From a virus (Duplodnaviria > Heunggongvirae > Uroviricota > Caudoviricetes), in the IMG/VR virus record IMGVR_UViG_2698536518_000008, positions 1 through 41,211 of that record: a DNA stretch of 41,211 nt, one strand, 5' to 3'. A model generated the notes under the pieces. That model saw only the letters and a program-made list of their open reading frames with translations. It made no database searches and had not been told where the DNA came from. The position numbers and the translations under genes were made by a program. This document shows, one piece after another, positions 8,644-17,196 of this stretch (its first letter is position 1; each line of letters opens with the position of its first letter).

Positions 8644-9186
8644 ATGCATTCACTTGCGTATCAACACAATACCGGAATACACCCGGGAGCGATGATAAAC
8701 CGCGCTCAAGCTAAAGCGACGCCGGACCACGAAAAGATCCGCGATGCGGTCCGTGCCTGGTCATCGGCGCTGGATAATCAGGACGTGGTGTCAGCGCTGA
8801 TCATCAACGAATACCGGGAGCAGGGCGGGACCGCCATCAGCTTTCCGGACGACATCAGCCGGGCGCGCCAGAAGCTGTTCCGCTTCCTGGATAACCGCTT
8901 CGACTCTGAGCAGTACCGCGAGAACGTGCGCCAGCTGACGCCCGCAATCATGGCCGTTTTGCCGCTGGAGTATCGCCATCGACTTCTTCCTGAGGACAGT
9001 TTTATGTCCCGCTTAGCTCGACTTGAGAAAGAAACGAGCGAGGCGAAAGTGGCCGTTGCGATGAACGCCCCGCGTCACCAGAAGCTCAAGGAACTCAGTG
9101 AGGGGATTGTAGAGATGTTCCGTGTCGACCCGGATCTGACCGCGCCGCTGATGGCTATGGTCACTTCGATGTTGGGGGTTATGTGA
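8644..9186 (+). CDS. Early regulatory protein (CII-like / YdaT-like by position)
   Basis: 180 aa immediately after cro, SD-like GGGAAAG upstream; assignment by synteny and vague recollection of long CII/YdaT-type proteins, not by firm motif. Confidence 0.4.
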   Translation: MHSLAYQHNTGIHPGAMINRAQAKATPDHEKIRDAVRAWSSALDNQDVVSALIINEYREQGGTAISFPDDISRARQKLFRFLDNRFDSEQYRENVRQLTPAIMAVLPLEYRHRLLPEDSFMSRLARLEKETSEAKVAVAMNAPRHQKLKELSEGIVEMFRVDPDLTAPLMAMVTSMLGVM

Positions 9187-9275
9187 TGGGAAGTTTCAAA
9201 AATGGCGAAAGCCAGTCTGCGCGAACAGAACTGGCCTTCAGATGCAAATCGTGTGCACTCATTGCAGGAGGAATA

Positions 9276-9422
9276 ATGGCAAAAAATCCACGCTATTACC
9301 ATACCGCTGTACATAAAAACATAACCCGCGACCGCTTCATCCGCTCGGTTAACCCGATTGTGGCAGAGAAGATGCGCGCCATCCTGGAAGAAATGAAACG
9401 TAAGGAGAGTGGCCGTGGGTAA
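9276..9422 (+). CDS. Small hypothetical protein (48 aa)
   Basis: Track ORF 9183..9422 likely begins at ATG 9276 (MAKNPRYYHTAVH...) which has a canonical AGGAGG SD 6 nt upstream. Confidence 0.35.
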   Translation: MAKNPRYYHTAVHKNITRDRFIRSVNPIVAEKMRAILEEMKRKESGRG

Positions 9423-10314
9423 CGTATCCAATTTAGCCGAAGCCAGAGAGGCCAGAAGGCTCCAGAAACCGCGCACGAATGACGGTAAGGGGTTTGCCTT
9501 GCTGCACCGTAAAATTATGGATGTGCCGTTCTACAAGGACGCTGAGGCGGCTCATTTATGGGTTCACATGCTCCTGCGTGCTAATCACGAACAGACACTG
9601 GTATCTACTGATGTTGGCGATGTGATCTGCGAGCGCGGAGAGTTCATCACCGGGCGAAACACACTGGCAATGGAAACGGGTTTGACCGCTGATCGCGTTA
9701 AATCCCTTCTCCGTAAATTCCAGAATCTGGGCATGATCACCACCAAATCGAACAACCGTTTTACTGTTCTAAAAGTGGTCAAATATGACGAATATCAGTC
9801 AAATTTTTGTCCAGCAGATGTCCAGCCAGCGTCCAGCCCAAACATAGTCGTACCAATGCCTGCGGAGGTGGAGTGTCCAGCCGATGTCCAGCCAGTGTCC
9901 ACAGATAACAATATATTAAATAACTTACTACCTAACGGTAGTAAGTATGTCGCAAATGACCAGAAACCCGCTGAAGAGAAAAAGTCTCGTTTGTCATGCG
10001 ATGAAGTATGGCAATGCCTGAAAGACGAACTGCCTGAAGCACGGGGATGGAGATGCCTCACTGATGAGCGACGCAATCTGATCCGCACATTCTGGGGTAA
10101 GGCTAATAAGATTGCCCGCAACCTGGACGGCAAGCCGATGGATATGGACGGTTTCAGAAGCTATCTGCGTTACATCGCTCAGAACTGCCGCTGGATGCTT
10201 GAAGACCGACCAGACCAGAAGTCTGGGAAGACCTGGCGCCGTATGAAATTCGATAAGTTCCTGACCGAAAAGCTCTACATCGAAGTGCGCGAGGGGGATC
10301 GTGATGACCGCTGA
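9409..10314 (+). CDS. Replication initiator (lambda O-like) containing the probable origin
   Basis: 301 aa; position before DnaB-type helicase; N-terminal DNA-binding-like region; gene body contains phased iterons, AT-rich tract and inverted repeat (see repeat feature); true start may be GTG 9415. Confidence 0.65.
   Translation: MAVGNVSNLAEAREARRLQKPRTNDGKGFALLHRKIMDVPFYKDAEAAHLWVHMLLRANHEQTLVSTDVGDVICERGEFITGRNTLAMETGLTADRVKSLLRKFQNLGMITTKSNNRFTVLKVVKYDEYQSNFCPADVQPASSPNIVVPMPAEVECPADVQPVSTDNNILNNLLPNGSKYVANDQKPAEEKKSRLSCDEVWQCLKDELPEARGWRCLTDERRNLIRTFWGKANKIARNLDGKPMDMDGFRSYLRYIAQNCRWMLEDRPDQKSGKTWRRMKFDKFLTEKLYIEVREGDRDDR
9809..9946. repeat. Putative replication origin: six 11-bp-phased GTCCAGCC-type iterons + AT-rich tract + 9-bp inverted repeat
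   Basis: GTCCAGC(C/A) copies start at 9809, 9820, 9831, 9875, 9886 and degenerate GTCCACAG at 9897 (all multiples of 11 bp apart); AT-rich 9905-9922; perfect IR ACTTACTAC-N6-GTAGTAAGT at 9923-9946. Confidence 0.6.
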
Positions 10315-11737
10315 TTTCATGGCTGTACCACAAAACCTCGAAGCAGAGCAGAGCGTTATCGGTGGCCTGCTGCTGGATGATGACAACAGCGAGCGAGTCC
10401 AGAAGGTTCTGGCGATGCTCAAGCCTGAATCGTTCTACAGCCGACCTCACCAGCTGATCTTTGCCGAGATGCGCCAGATGTTCCGCGACAACAAGCCAGT
10501 CGATGGTCTGACATTGTTCGACGCGCTCGAAGGCAAAGGGCTCGCGGAGCAGGTAGGTGGCTTTGCTTACCTGGCGGAGATCGCCAAGAACACTCCCAGC
10601 GCTGCAAACATCGTGGCATACGCTGCGTCAGTCCGGGAAGCCGCAATGGAGCGCTACGGTATCAGCCGCCTGACCGAAGCTACTGAGCTGCTGTATTCCC
10701 GCAATGGCATGAGCGCCACGCAGAAGTACGAGGCCATTCAGGGTATTTTCACCCAGCTCGCAGACCATTCAAAAACCGGTAGTCGCCGTGGGTTGCGGTC
10801 GTTCGGCGAGGTTATGGATGACTGGGTAGCAGATCTGGAGAAACGCTTTGACCCTTCAGGCGAACAGCGCGGCATGAGCACCGGCATCCCGTCACTCGAC
10901 CGGCTGCTGGCGCCGAAAGGTCTGGTTAAAGGCTCTCTGTTCGTGATTGGCGCAAGGCCAAAGATGGGCAAGACAACCCTGTACGGTCAGATGGCGATCA
11001 ACTGCGCGGTTCGTGAGAAAAAGCCAGCGCTGATTTTCAGCCTCGAAATGCCGGGCGACCAGATCCTCGAAAAACTGGTTGGTCAGAAGTCTGGAGTTAA
11101 CCCGAGCATTTTTTACATGCCAGCCACGGATGACGCCGATGACCAGTACCAGGGCGATTACGACGGCGACTTTAAGAAGGCGATCGCCACCGCCGGGCGA
11201 TTGAGTGAAATCGACATGCTGTACATCGACGATACTCCTGGCCTGTCACTGGCGCACATCGTTAGCGAAAGCCGCCGAATCAAGCGCGAGAAGGGCTGCG
11301 TAGGAATGATTCTGGTTGACTACCTGACTCTAATGACCGCCGAAAAAGCCGACCGTAATGACCTGGCCTACGGGATGATCACCAAAGGTCTGAAGAATCT
11401 CGCCAAAGAGCTTGGCTGCGTCGTCGTGCTGCTGACCCAGCTCAACCGCGAACTGGAGAAGCGAGTGAATAAACGCCCGTTGCCGAGCGATTCCCGCGAC
11501 ACAGGGCAGATTGAGCAGGACTGCGACTACTGGGTTGGTATCCACCGGGAAGGTGCTTTCGATGACAGCGTGCCGCCGGAAGAAACCGAGTTAATACTGC
11601 GACTCAACCGCCACGGCAGTACCGGAACGGTTTATTGCAATCAGAACAACGGGGCAATTTACGACACAGACCAGCAGGCCGCCGCCGCAGAACGCCGCGG
11701 GCGTGAGCAGCAGCCGAAAAAGAAAGGGGGGTTCTGA
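10301..11737 (+). CDS. Replicative DNA helicase (DnaB family)
   Basis: 478 aa; Walker A GARPKMGKTT, conserved DnaB C-terminal RecA-like domain motifs (LIFSLEM, ILVDYLTLM, VVLLTQLNRELEKR). Confidence 0.9.
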   Translation: MMTADFMAVPQNLEAEQSVIGGLLLDDDNSERVQKVLAMLKPESFYSRPHQLIFAEMRQMFRDNKPVDGLTLFDALEGKGLAEQVGGFAYLAEIAKNTPSAANIVAYAASVREAAMERYGISRLTEATELLYSRNGMSATQKYEAIQGIFTQLADHSKTGSRRGLRSFGEVMDDWVADLEKRFDPSGEQRGMSTGIPSLDRLLAPKGLVKGSLFVIGARPKMGKTTLYGQMAINCAVREKKPALIFSLEMPGDQILEKLVGQKSGVNPSIFYMPATDDADDQYQGDYDGDFKKAIATAGRLSEIDMLYIDDTPGLSLAHIVSESRRIKREKGCVGMILVDYLTLMTAEKADRNDLAYGMITKGLKNLAKELGCVVVLLTQLNRELEKRVNKRPLPSDSRDTGQIEQDCDYWVGIHREGAFDDSVPPEETELILRLNRHGSTGTVYCNQNNGAIYDTDQQAAAAERRGREQQPKKKGGF

Positions 11738-12081
11738 TGACCATAACAATTCGTGGGCAGATTCTTGCAGCCCTGCGTAATAACCCGGGCCTGAATAGTG
11801 CTTTCATTGCCAGGATGATCGGCATGACCACCAAAAAGATTTCCGGCCCGTTAAGTACGTTGTTTGCAGACGGCCTGATCGAGTTCGAAGGCAAGCACGG
11901 ACAGCGGCTTTATCGGCTGACCGATTACGGCATGAAATACGCACCAGAAACAATCCCGGCTATGCCGAAGGGAAATTCGAAGCTGGTGCAGCGTACAGAG
12001 GCAAACGTGATCTGCCAGGAGTGCCGGAAAAGTCCGGCTATGAAGCGAGTATTGATGGTTTGGGGGAGGGTAGGGGTATGA
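11737..12081 (+). CDS. Hypothetical protein, possible winged-helix DNA-binding
   Basis: 114 aa; ATGA overlap with helicase stop; LAALRNNPGLNSAFIARMIGMTTKKISGPLSTL resembles wHTH. Confidence 0.45.
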   Translation: MTITIRGQILAALRNNPGLNSAFIARMIGMTTKKISGPLSTLFADGLIEFEGKHGQRLYRLTDYGMKYAPETIPAMPKGNSKLVQRTEANVICQECRKSPAMKRVLMVWGRVGV

Positions 12082-12356
12082 AAATTTTAAAACTGAGTCA
12101 GCAGGCAACAGTTTCTCGTCCGGTCGATTCGATTATCGGTTGGGAAGAGAAAACAATCTACGAGCCAGTTTTTGTTGTGGCTGAGCATATTGAGTCGTTT
12201 TTGTTTGCTGGAGTAAGCTACATCAAAATGACCTCGGGCGAGAAGATAGTTGTACGAGAAACACCTGAGGAAATTCTCGCGCTGCTTGGCGTCGTTGTTC
12301 AAACGGATAGCCTGAAAACATGGGGTGAAATTGCGCAGAAGGAGGCCGCCCAATGA
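12078..12356 (+). CDS. Hypothetical protein (92 aa from MKILKL)
   Basis: Track ORF 12021..12356; likely start ATG 12078 overlapping upstream stop (ATGA) and preceded by G-rich SD-like GGGGAGGGTAGGGG. Confidence 0.4.
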   Translation: MKILKLSQQATVSRPVDSIIGWEEKTIYEPVFVVAEHIESFLFAGVSYIKMTSGEKIVVRETPEEILALLGVVVQTDSLKTWGEIAQKEAAQ

Positions 12357-12721
12357 GCAACATCGACAAACAGGCGCTGCGCCTAACAGCAGAAAAGGCA
12401 AAAGATAACTTCATGCCGAACTTTATGGTCCCCACTCGGGATGTGCTGGCGCTGCTTGATGAGCTGGAAGCCGCAGAGAAGCGCATAGCAGAACAACGTG
12501 AGTATTACGAAGGCGTTATTGCTGATGGAAGTCGTCGGATAGCAGAGCTGGAGGCGAAGATTGAAACATCTGACAAATTGCAGGATAGCGCGTTTCGCCA
12601 TGGCCTTCAGCATGGTTTTAGCTACGGACAGACAAACGACCAGGCTAGATATGAGCAATGCATAGCAGCATATAGCCCGAAAAAAATCGCCGATGGTATC
12701 ATCACTAAGGTGGGGGGGTAG
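12353..12721 (+). CDS. Ead/Ea22-like protein (N-terminal module)
   Basis: 122 aa; begins MSNIDKQALRLTAEKAKDNF, the hallmark N-terminus of Ea22-like proteins; coiled-coil centre; ends at in-frame TAG. Confidence 0.6.
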   Translation: MSNIDKQALRLTAEKAKDNFMPNFMVPTRDVLALLDELEAAEKRIAEQREYYEGVIADGSRRIAELEAKIETSDKLQDSAFRHGLQHGFSYGQTNDQARYEQCIAAYSPKKIADGIITKVGG

Positions 12722-12724
12722 GGT

Positions 12725-12889
12725 ATGGCTGAATTTACGAAACAGAGCATTATCGAAGACCTGAAAGCCTCGACGCAGAACGCCAGTGGTATGTTTGAAA
12801 TCAGCGAGGACACCATCTGCGCGTTGATGTCCATGCTCACTAGCACAGCACCACAGTTACCGCAGCCAGCGGTGTTATCAGTGTCTTAG
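12725..12889 (+). CDS. Small ORF (54 aa) in same frame as flanking Ea22-like and DUF551 ORFs
   Basis: Hand translation MAEFTKQSIIEDLKASTQNASGMFEISEDTICALMSMLTSTAPQLPQPAVLSVS; separated from each neighbour by a single TAG plus one codon. Confidence 0.3.
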   Translation: MAEFTKQSIIEDLKASTQNASGMFEISEDTICALMSMLTSTAPQLPQPAVLSVS

Positions 12890-12892
12890 GGC

Positions 12893-13261
12893 GTGCTTAA
12901 AAGCCTCTTACCCGATGTTGAGAAGTCCGAGTTCTGGTTTGAGCATAATGGGAAAATCTTTTTTGAAGGTGTGAGGTTTAACAATGCGGTATTTGAAGCC
13001 TGCCGCGCCGCCATGCTTCAGTCGTTCGGTAATTCCGAACAACTCAACTCTCCGGTGATTCAGGATGGTTGGGTGGCTTGCGTTGAGCGGATGCCGGAGA
13101 AAGCTGATGAAGTTTTGTGTGCCAAAGAATTCGATGGTCCAGGTGATTGGCGCCAAAAGGTTGGTTATTACTTAGCGGGGAAATGGACGGTGTATAGCGC
13201 ATCATGGACGCCGACCCACTGGATGCCACTGCCAGCAGCACCGCGGCAGGAGGTGAAGTGA
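12893..13261 (+). CDS. DUF551-like phage protein (C-terminal THWMPLP motif)
   Basis: 122 aa; track start is GTG; C-terminal WTPTHWMPLPAAP resembles the DUF551 signature common in lambdoid nin/ea regions. Confidence 0.55.
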   Translation: MLKSLLPDVEKSEFWFEHNGKIFFEGVRFNNAVFEACRAAMLQSFGNSEQLNSPVIQDGWVACVERMPEKADEVLCAKEFDGPGDWRQKVGYYLAGKWTVYSASWTPTHWMPLPAAPRQEVK

Positions 13262-13299
13262 CGAACAAGATGACGAGAGTTACCATAGATATAAATCAA

Positions 13300-13320
13300 G
13301 GCCCTTAGGGGCCTTTTATT
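13300..13320 (+). terminator. Short intrinsic terminator
   Basis: GGCCC-ttag-GGGCC hairpin followed by TTTTATT. Confidence 0.45.
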
Positions 13321-13354
13321 CTATGATAAACGGACTTTGTTTGAGAGTGACGCC

Positions 13355-13681
13355 ATGAAGCCCAAGAAGCTAAATGCTGAGCAGCAATACAAATTAGACC
13401 TTGAATTGGTCAAGAAGAAGCCTGCGAACCGGACCGAGGCAAAAGCCCATTTGGCCGCACAGTTACGGATCAGCAAGTACAAGACGCAGACCTCTTCCAA
13501 AATCCGCGTAGGCAGTTTTAAGGGGCGGAAGAAGGTACATTTCAGTAAGGCGGAACAAGCAGCCAGGGCAGCACTAAATAAAGCAAATGCCATTAGATTT
13601 TCCGAAGGGGAGGTCGAGTCCGTCGATACGGATAGAATCTCAGAAAGTAACAAACGCTGGCGCGGGAGAACTGCTGACTAA
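13355..13681 (+). CDS. Hypothetical basic protein
   Basis: Track ORF 13337..13681 uses TTG; more likely ATG 13355 ([11 protein letters not shown]...); lysine-rich. Confidence 0.4.
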   Translation: MKPKKLNAEQQYKLDLELVKKKPANRTEAKAHLAAQLRISKYKTQTSSKIRVGSFKGRKKVHFSKAEQAARAALNKANAIRFSEGEVESVDTDRISESNKRWRGRTAD

Positions 13682-13935
13682 TGTCTGACTGGAATATTGC
13701 TGCAAAGCCGCAGGAAGAACGCGACAAGGTTAATGTTGACCTGGCAGCCTCCGGCGTGGCCTACAAAGAGCGCCTGAATATGCCGGTTATCGCCGAGCAG
13801 GTAGCTCGTGAGCAACCAGAGCATCTACGAGAGTATTTCATGGATCGCGTGCGGCACTATCGCGAGCAGAGCGTTGCATTGCCTAAGGCATCTGATCCTC
13901 GCTACATTGAAATGACTGAGCAAAATGCAAAATAA
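13681..13935 (+). CDS. Hypothetical protein
   Basis: 84 aa; TAATG overlap with upstream ORF. Confidence 0.4.
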   Translation: MSDWNIAAKPQEERDKVNVDLAASGVAYKERLNMPVIAEQVAREQPEHLREYFMDRVRHYREQSVALPKASDPRYIEMTEQNAK

Positions 13936-14212
13936 ATTTCAGGAGATTCAAATGGAAAATAGCATGAGCATCACAACGATTCTTGAAAGAGAAAGGGAGC
14001 TTGATGATCTTGTTAAGGTGTGCCTCGATGAGCTTGAGGTGATTGACATCCATGGACAGGTTTACTCAATTCCTCTTTCCCACCTAACGAACGCAGAGCA
14101 GGTGGTACATTGGGTCTGGAAGATTGCTGAGAGAGGTGATTTCGCCATGGATGTTGTTCGTAAATTTACTGAAGTTGCGTCCCATCATGTGGGGTTTGAC
14201 GCTAAAAAATAA
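13925..14212 (+). CDS. Hypothetical protein
   Basis: 95 aa; overlaps preceding ORF by 11 nt. Confidence 0.4.
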   Translation: MQNKFQEIQMENSMSITTILERERELDDLVKVCLDELEVIDIHGQVYSIPLSHLTNAEQVVHWVWKIAERGDFAMDVVRKFTEVASHHVGFDAKK

Positions 14213-14282
14213 ATCGCCAAGGACCGATTTAATAGCTATACACATGTTTTACATTCCGCTCGCATCTTAACCAAATCTTTCT

Positions 14283-14291
14283 TGGTATAAT
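14283..14291 (+). promoter_or_regulatory. Extended -10 promoter element (TGgTATAAT)
   Basis: TGG-TATAAT at 14283-14291 in AT-rich intergenic region about 40 nt upstream of ORF 14331; weak -35. Confidence 0.4.
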
Positions 14292-14330
14292 GATTTTTTA
14301 CAGGCGAATGACGTGTGAGGTCCGGGATTT

Positions 14331-14528
14331 ATGACTTGTGAAGTATGTAACAAACAACCCCTTGGACGAAGGGACCCGCCTCTTCCATGCATGGTCTTGC
14401 AAGGCGATAAATCCGTTAACTTCAGCCATCACGGACGCGAAGCAAACGAGCGTTATTACAAATGCTCGGAATGCGGTCATGAGTGGATGAGAGAGACAGG
14501 AAATTGCGGCGAAGGCTGGATTCCTTAA
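14331..14528 (+). CDS. Small Cys-rich (zinc-ribbon-like) protein
   Basis: 65 aa with C-x2-C (CEVC) ... C-x2-C (CSEC) ... C pattern; own extended -10 promoter upstream. Confidence 0.4.
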   Translation: MTCEVCNKQPLGRRDPPLPCMVLQGDKSVNFSHHGREANERYYKCSECGHEWMRETGNCGEGWIP

Positions 14529-14620
14529 CTATATATTGTCGCTATTCGCAAATTGATTTTCTCAAATCATCCCGCCATAATTAAGTCGCAGTCGGCCTGA
14601 ACACCCGATTGTGACTTCTG

Positions 14621-14644
14621 CGCATTTAAGGGGACTTAAATGCG
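14621..14644 (+). promoter_or_regulatory. Perfect 10-bp stem hairpin with GGGA loop upstream of ninB
   Basis: CGCATTTAAG-ggga-CTTAAATGCG; no U-tract, so a regulatory hairpin or factor-binding palindrome rather than a canonical terminator. Confidence 0.4.
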
Positions 14645-14731
14645 ACCACAATATGAACTTCTCACCTTGTCACAGATGCAGAAATGCACCTGCGATTTTC
14701 TGTATTCTGCGTTACCTCTCGGAGGTGGCGT

Positions 14732-15169
14732 ATGAAACAGCCTGTTTTCTACCTCCGCGACGAACGCGTTCGCGATAACCTCATCGACTACATCAGGAAG
14801 CTGCCTGTTAACGACGCTCTGCCGCTCGTGGTGAAGTTTTCTGAGGCTGACCGCACTCTCGCCCAAAACGACCTCTTCCACGCTCTCTGTGGCGATACAG
14901 CGAAGCAATTGCAATGGGCTGGCAAGTCGCGCGACCTCGCTTCATGGAAAGTCCTGTATGTCTCAGGCCATGCCATTGCCACCGGTAAGCCTGGTGAAGT
15001 GGTGCCGGGTCTGGAAGGGGAGTTCTGCGCCATCCGGGAAAGCACTGCGAAGATGGGCATCCGTCGCATGACCAGTCTCATCGAATACAGCCAGGCATTT
15101 GCTGTGCAAAACGGCGTGCAACTCCGTGAAGTTCGCTACTCAGGTGATTACTTCGGGAGGGTTGCGTAA
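14732..15169 (+). CDS. ninB: NinB (Orf-family recombination mediator)
   Basis: Track ORF 14684..15169; likely start ATG 14732 after GGAGG SD; motifs RTLAQNDLFHALCGD and WAGKSRDLASWKVLY match lambda NinB pattern. Confidence 0.75.
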   Translation: MKQPVFYLRDERVRDNLIDYIRKLPVNDALPLVVKFSEADRTLAQNDLFHALCGDTAKQLQWAGKSRDLASWKVLYVSGHAIATGKPGEVVPGLEGEFCAIRESTAKMGIRRMTSLIEYSQAFAVQNGVQLREVRYSGDYFGRVA

Positions 15170-15339
15170 TGGCTAGCCCTCTCGCTCGCATCATCACCAA
15201 CGAAATCTACCGGGTCCGGACACGCACTAAGCGAAAGCCTGAACTCAAGCCATCCGAAATCCCATCACTGCTCGGCTACACCGCGCGACTGACCCAGGTG
15301 AAATGGGATCGCCTGAAAGCGCGGAGGTCACATGGCTAA
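15169..15339 (+). CDS. ninE: NinE-like protein (56 aa), not in supplied ORF track
   Basis: Hand translation [56 protein letters not shown] resembles lambda NinE (basic KRTRNKPKP..W..RW.RRR pattern); TAATG overlap with ninB. Confidence 0.5.
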   Translation: MASPLARIITNEIYRVRTRTKRKPELKPSEIPSLLGYTARLTQVKWDRLKARRSHG

Positions 15340-15622
15340 TTTATGCAAAGCGGCACGCGGCCGCGATTGTCAGGCGCGGATCCCCGGCGTATGCAACGGC
15401 AATCCTGAAACCTCAGTACTGGCTCACATACGTCTTGCTGGTCTATGCGGGACCGGAATCAAGCCGCCTGACCTGATCGCCACCATCGCATGCAGCAGTT
15501 GCCACGACGAGATTGATCGCCGCACCCGTCTGGTCGATGCGGAATTTGCAAAGGAGTGCGCGCTGGAAGGCATGGCTCGCACGCAGGTCATCTGGCTTAA
15601 AGAGGGGCTCGTGAAAGCATGA
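15332..15622 (+). CDS. DUF1364-like Cys-rich nin-region protein
   Basis: 96 aa; conserved cysteines (CKAARGRDC...CNGNPE...CSSCHDEID); position between NinE-like and RusA. Confidence 0.45.
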   Translation: MANLCKAARGRDCQARIPGVCNGNPETSVLAHIRLAGLCGTGIKPPDLIATIACSSCHDEIDRRTRLVDAEFAKECALEGMARTQVIWLKEGLVKA

Positions 15623-15981
15623 ATGAATACCGCATTAGCCTCCCGTGGCCGCCGAGCAACAACCGCTACTACCGGCATAACCGCGGGCGCACGCACATCA
15701 GCACAGAGGGGCAGGCGTACCGCGACAGTGTCGCCAGAATCATCAAAGACTCAATGCTGGATATCGGCCTGGCTACACCCGTGAAAATCCGCATTGAGTG
15801 CCACATGCCGGATCGCCGCCGCCGTGACCTGGACAACCTACAAAAGGCCGCATTCGACGCGCTGACGAAAGCCGGTTTCTGGATGGATGACGTACAGGTC
15901 GTCGATTACCGCGTGGTGAAAATGCCTATCGTCAAAGGCGGTCGACTTGAACTGACCATTACTGAACTGGAGTGCGCATGA
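15619..15981 (+). CDS. rusA: RusA Holliday-junction resolvase
   Basis: 120 aa; [13 protein letters not shown]-terminus and [22 protein letters not shown] with catalytic Asp residues typical of RusA. Confidence 0.85.
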   Translation: MNEYRISLPWPPSNNRYYRHNRGRTHISTEGQAYRDSVARIIKDSMLDIGLATPVKIRIECHMPDRRRRDLDNLQKAAFDALTKAGFWMDDVQVVDYRVVKMPIVKGGRLELTITELECA

Positions 15982-16124
15982 CACTCGAATCCTACTTTGC
16001 TGATCATCTTCGTCTGCGATGGACTCGGTTACGCATCTATCGTCACCCAGGTTCATTTGCTACGGACTACCGAATTTTACGCAATTACATCAGCCGCTAT
16101 AAACCATCAGGAGCAGAAGCATGA
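15978..16124 (+). CDS. Small hypothetical protein (48 aa), not in supplied ORF track
   Basis: Hand translation [48 protein letters not shown]; ATGA overlaps at both ends (rusA stop and Q start). Confidence 0.3.
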   Translation: MTLESYFADHLRLRWTRLRIYRHPGSFATDYRILRNYISRYKPSGAEA

Positions 16125-16885
16125 ATCTCGAAAACACAGTGAAATACCACTTCGCGAAGTCAACGATGATTAGCGACGCTCCACGCGCGACAGCATCTGA
16201 CTCATTAACCGGCACTGACATTATGGCGGCGATCGGAATGACACAGAGCCGTGCTGCTCTCGGGTTCAGTGCATTCCTAGGAAAGATGGATATCAGTGAT
16301 TACGATCGCGAGCGAGCGATTGATTTGCTGACAAAATATGCAATTGAGCACTGCGATAAGGTTGCTGCCTTACGCAAGCTTGAGAGTGATGTTAAGCCAA
16401 AGGTAATGCAAGTTCTCGCAACTTTCGCCTTTGCTGATTACTCCCGGAGTGCGGCCAGCACCAGAACGTGCGACTGCTGCCATGGAAATAAGTTTGTCGA
16501 AGCTGAAGTAATGACGATGAAGCATATCGGACAGCCACACCTTAGCGAAAAAAGAGAGATGGTTAAGGTGCTTTGCCACAAATGCAAAGGGAAGGGTGCT
16601 CTGACCAACGCATGCCAGTGCAATGGCAAAGGAACAGTATTAGACAAAGAGAAAACTATTCTACAGCGCGGCGTTCCTGCATATAAAACCTGTACGCGCT
16701 GCAATGGGCGTGGTTATGCCAGATTGCTACCTGATAGCGTCCGTAAATACATCTGCGTAACGGTGATGGATATACCTGAAACCACGTGGCGCAGGTCTTA
16801 CAAGGATTTTTTCGAAAGTCTGGTAGGTGAGTGCATCAAGCAGGAAGAGTACGCAAACCAGATGTTGAACAAAGTCACGCGATAG
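16121..16885 (+). CDS. Q-like late-gene antiterminator (Cys-rich zinc-binding)
   Basis: 254 aa; four C-x2-C-like motifs (CDCC, CHKC, CQCNGKG, CTRCNGRG); last gene before a long non-coding region that precedes the lysis and structural genes. Confidence 0.6.
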   Translation: MNLENTVKYHFAKSTMISDAPRATASDSLTGTDIMAAIGMTQSRAALGFSAFLGKMDISDYDRERAIDLLTKYAIEHCDKVAALRKLESDVKPKVMQVLATFAFADYSRSAASTRTCDCCHGNKFVEAEVMTMKHIGQPHLSEKREMVKVLCHKCKGKGALTNACQCNGKGTVLDKEKTILQRGVPAYKTCTRCNGRGYARLLPDSVRKYICVTVMDIPETTWRRSYKDFFESLVGECIKQEEYANQMLNKVTR

Positions 16886-16927
16886 TGAATGTTTTCTATG
16901 AAATAGGATTTATCTAGAAAACTACAC

Positions 16928-16956
16928 TTTACAAAGTGGCGATTTTTGTTTAATCT
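16928..16956 (+). promoter_or_regulatory. Candidate late promoter (pR'-like)
   Basis: TTTACA-N17-TAATCT about 45 nt downstream of the Q stop codon. Confidence 0.35.
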
Positions 16957-17138
16957 CGATTCTAACGATGGGTTACTGACTTCGTTGGCGGTGAGGCAAA
17001 AGAGGCGGCTCTCACCACTGAACCGCCTAGTTGGTATCTTCGGCGCATCGTCTGGTACTCCAACCGTAGAGAGCTGAGAGGTTCTCCAAGACCTGAGTAA
17101 TCAGGCCGCCATCTGGATGATGGCGTTGTCATTCAATA

Positions 17139-17196
17139 GCCCGGCCCCGTTCGCAGACAATAGTTAGTATCTGCATAATGGCTCCGGGCTTTTTTA
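17139..17196 (+). terminator. Candidate tR'-like terminator (end of a possible 6S-like short late leader RNA)
   Basis: Compound hairpin GCCCGG...GCAGA-N12-TCTGC...CCGGGC followed by TTTTTTAT. Confidence 0.4.

Noticed and set aside
8644-9186. Confident assignment of the 180-aa post-cro protein as CII
   Set aside because: It is larger than lambda CII and my similarity impression to long CII/YdaT-type proteins comes from memory only; kept as a low-confidence positional call.
14298-14914. Minus-strand ORFs 14298-14480 and 14636-14914
   Set aside because: They overlap the promoter-equipped plus-strand mini-ORF and the ninB start respectively; no RBS; considered spurious.
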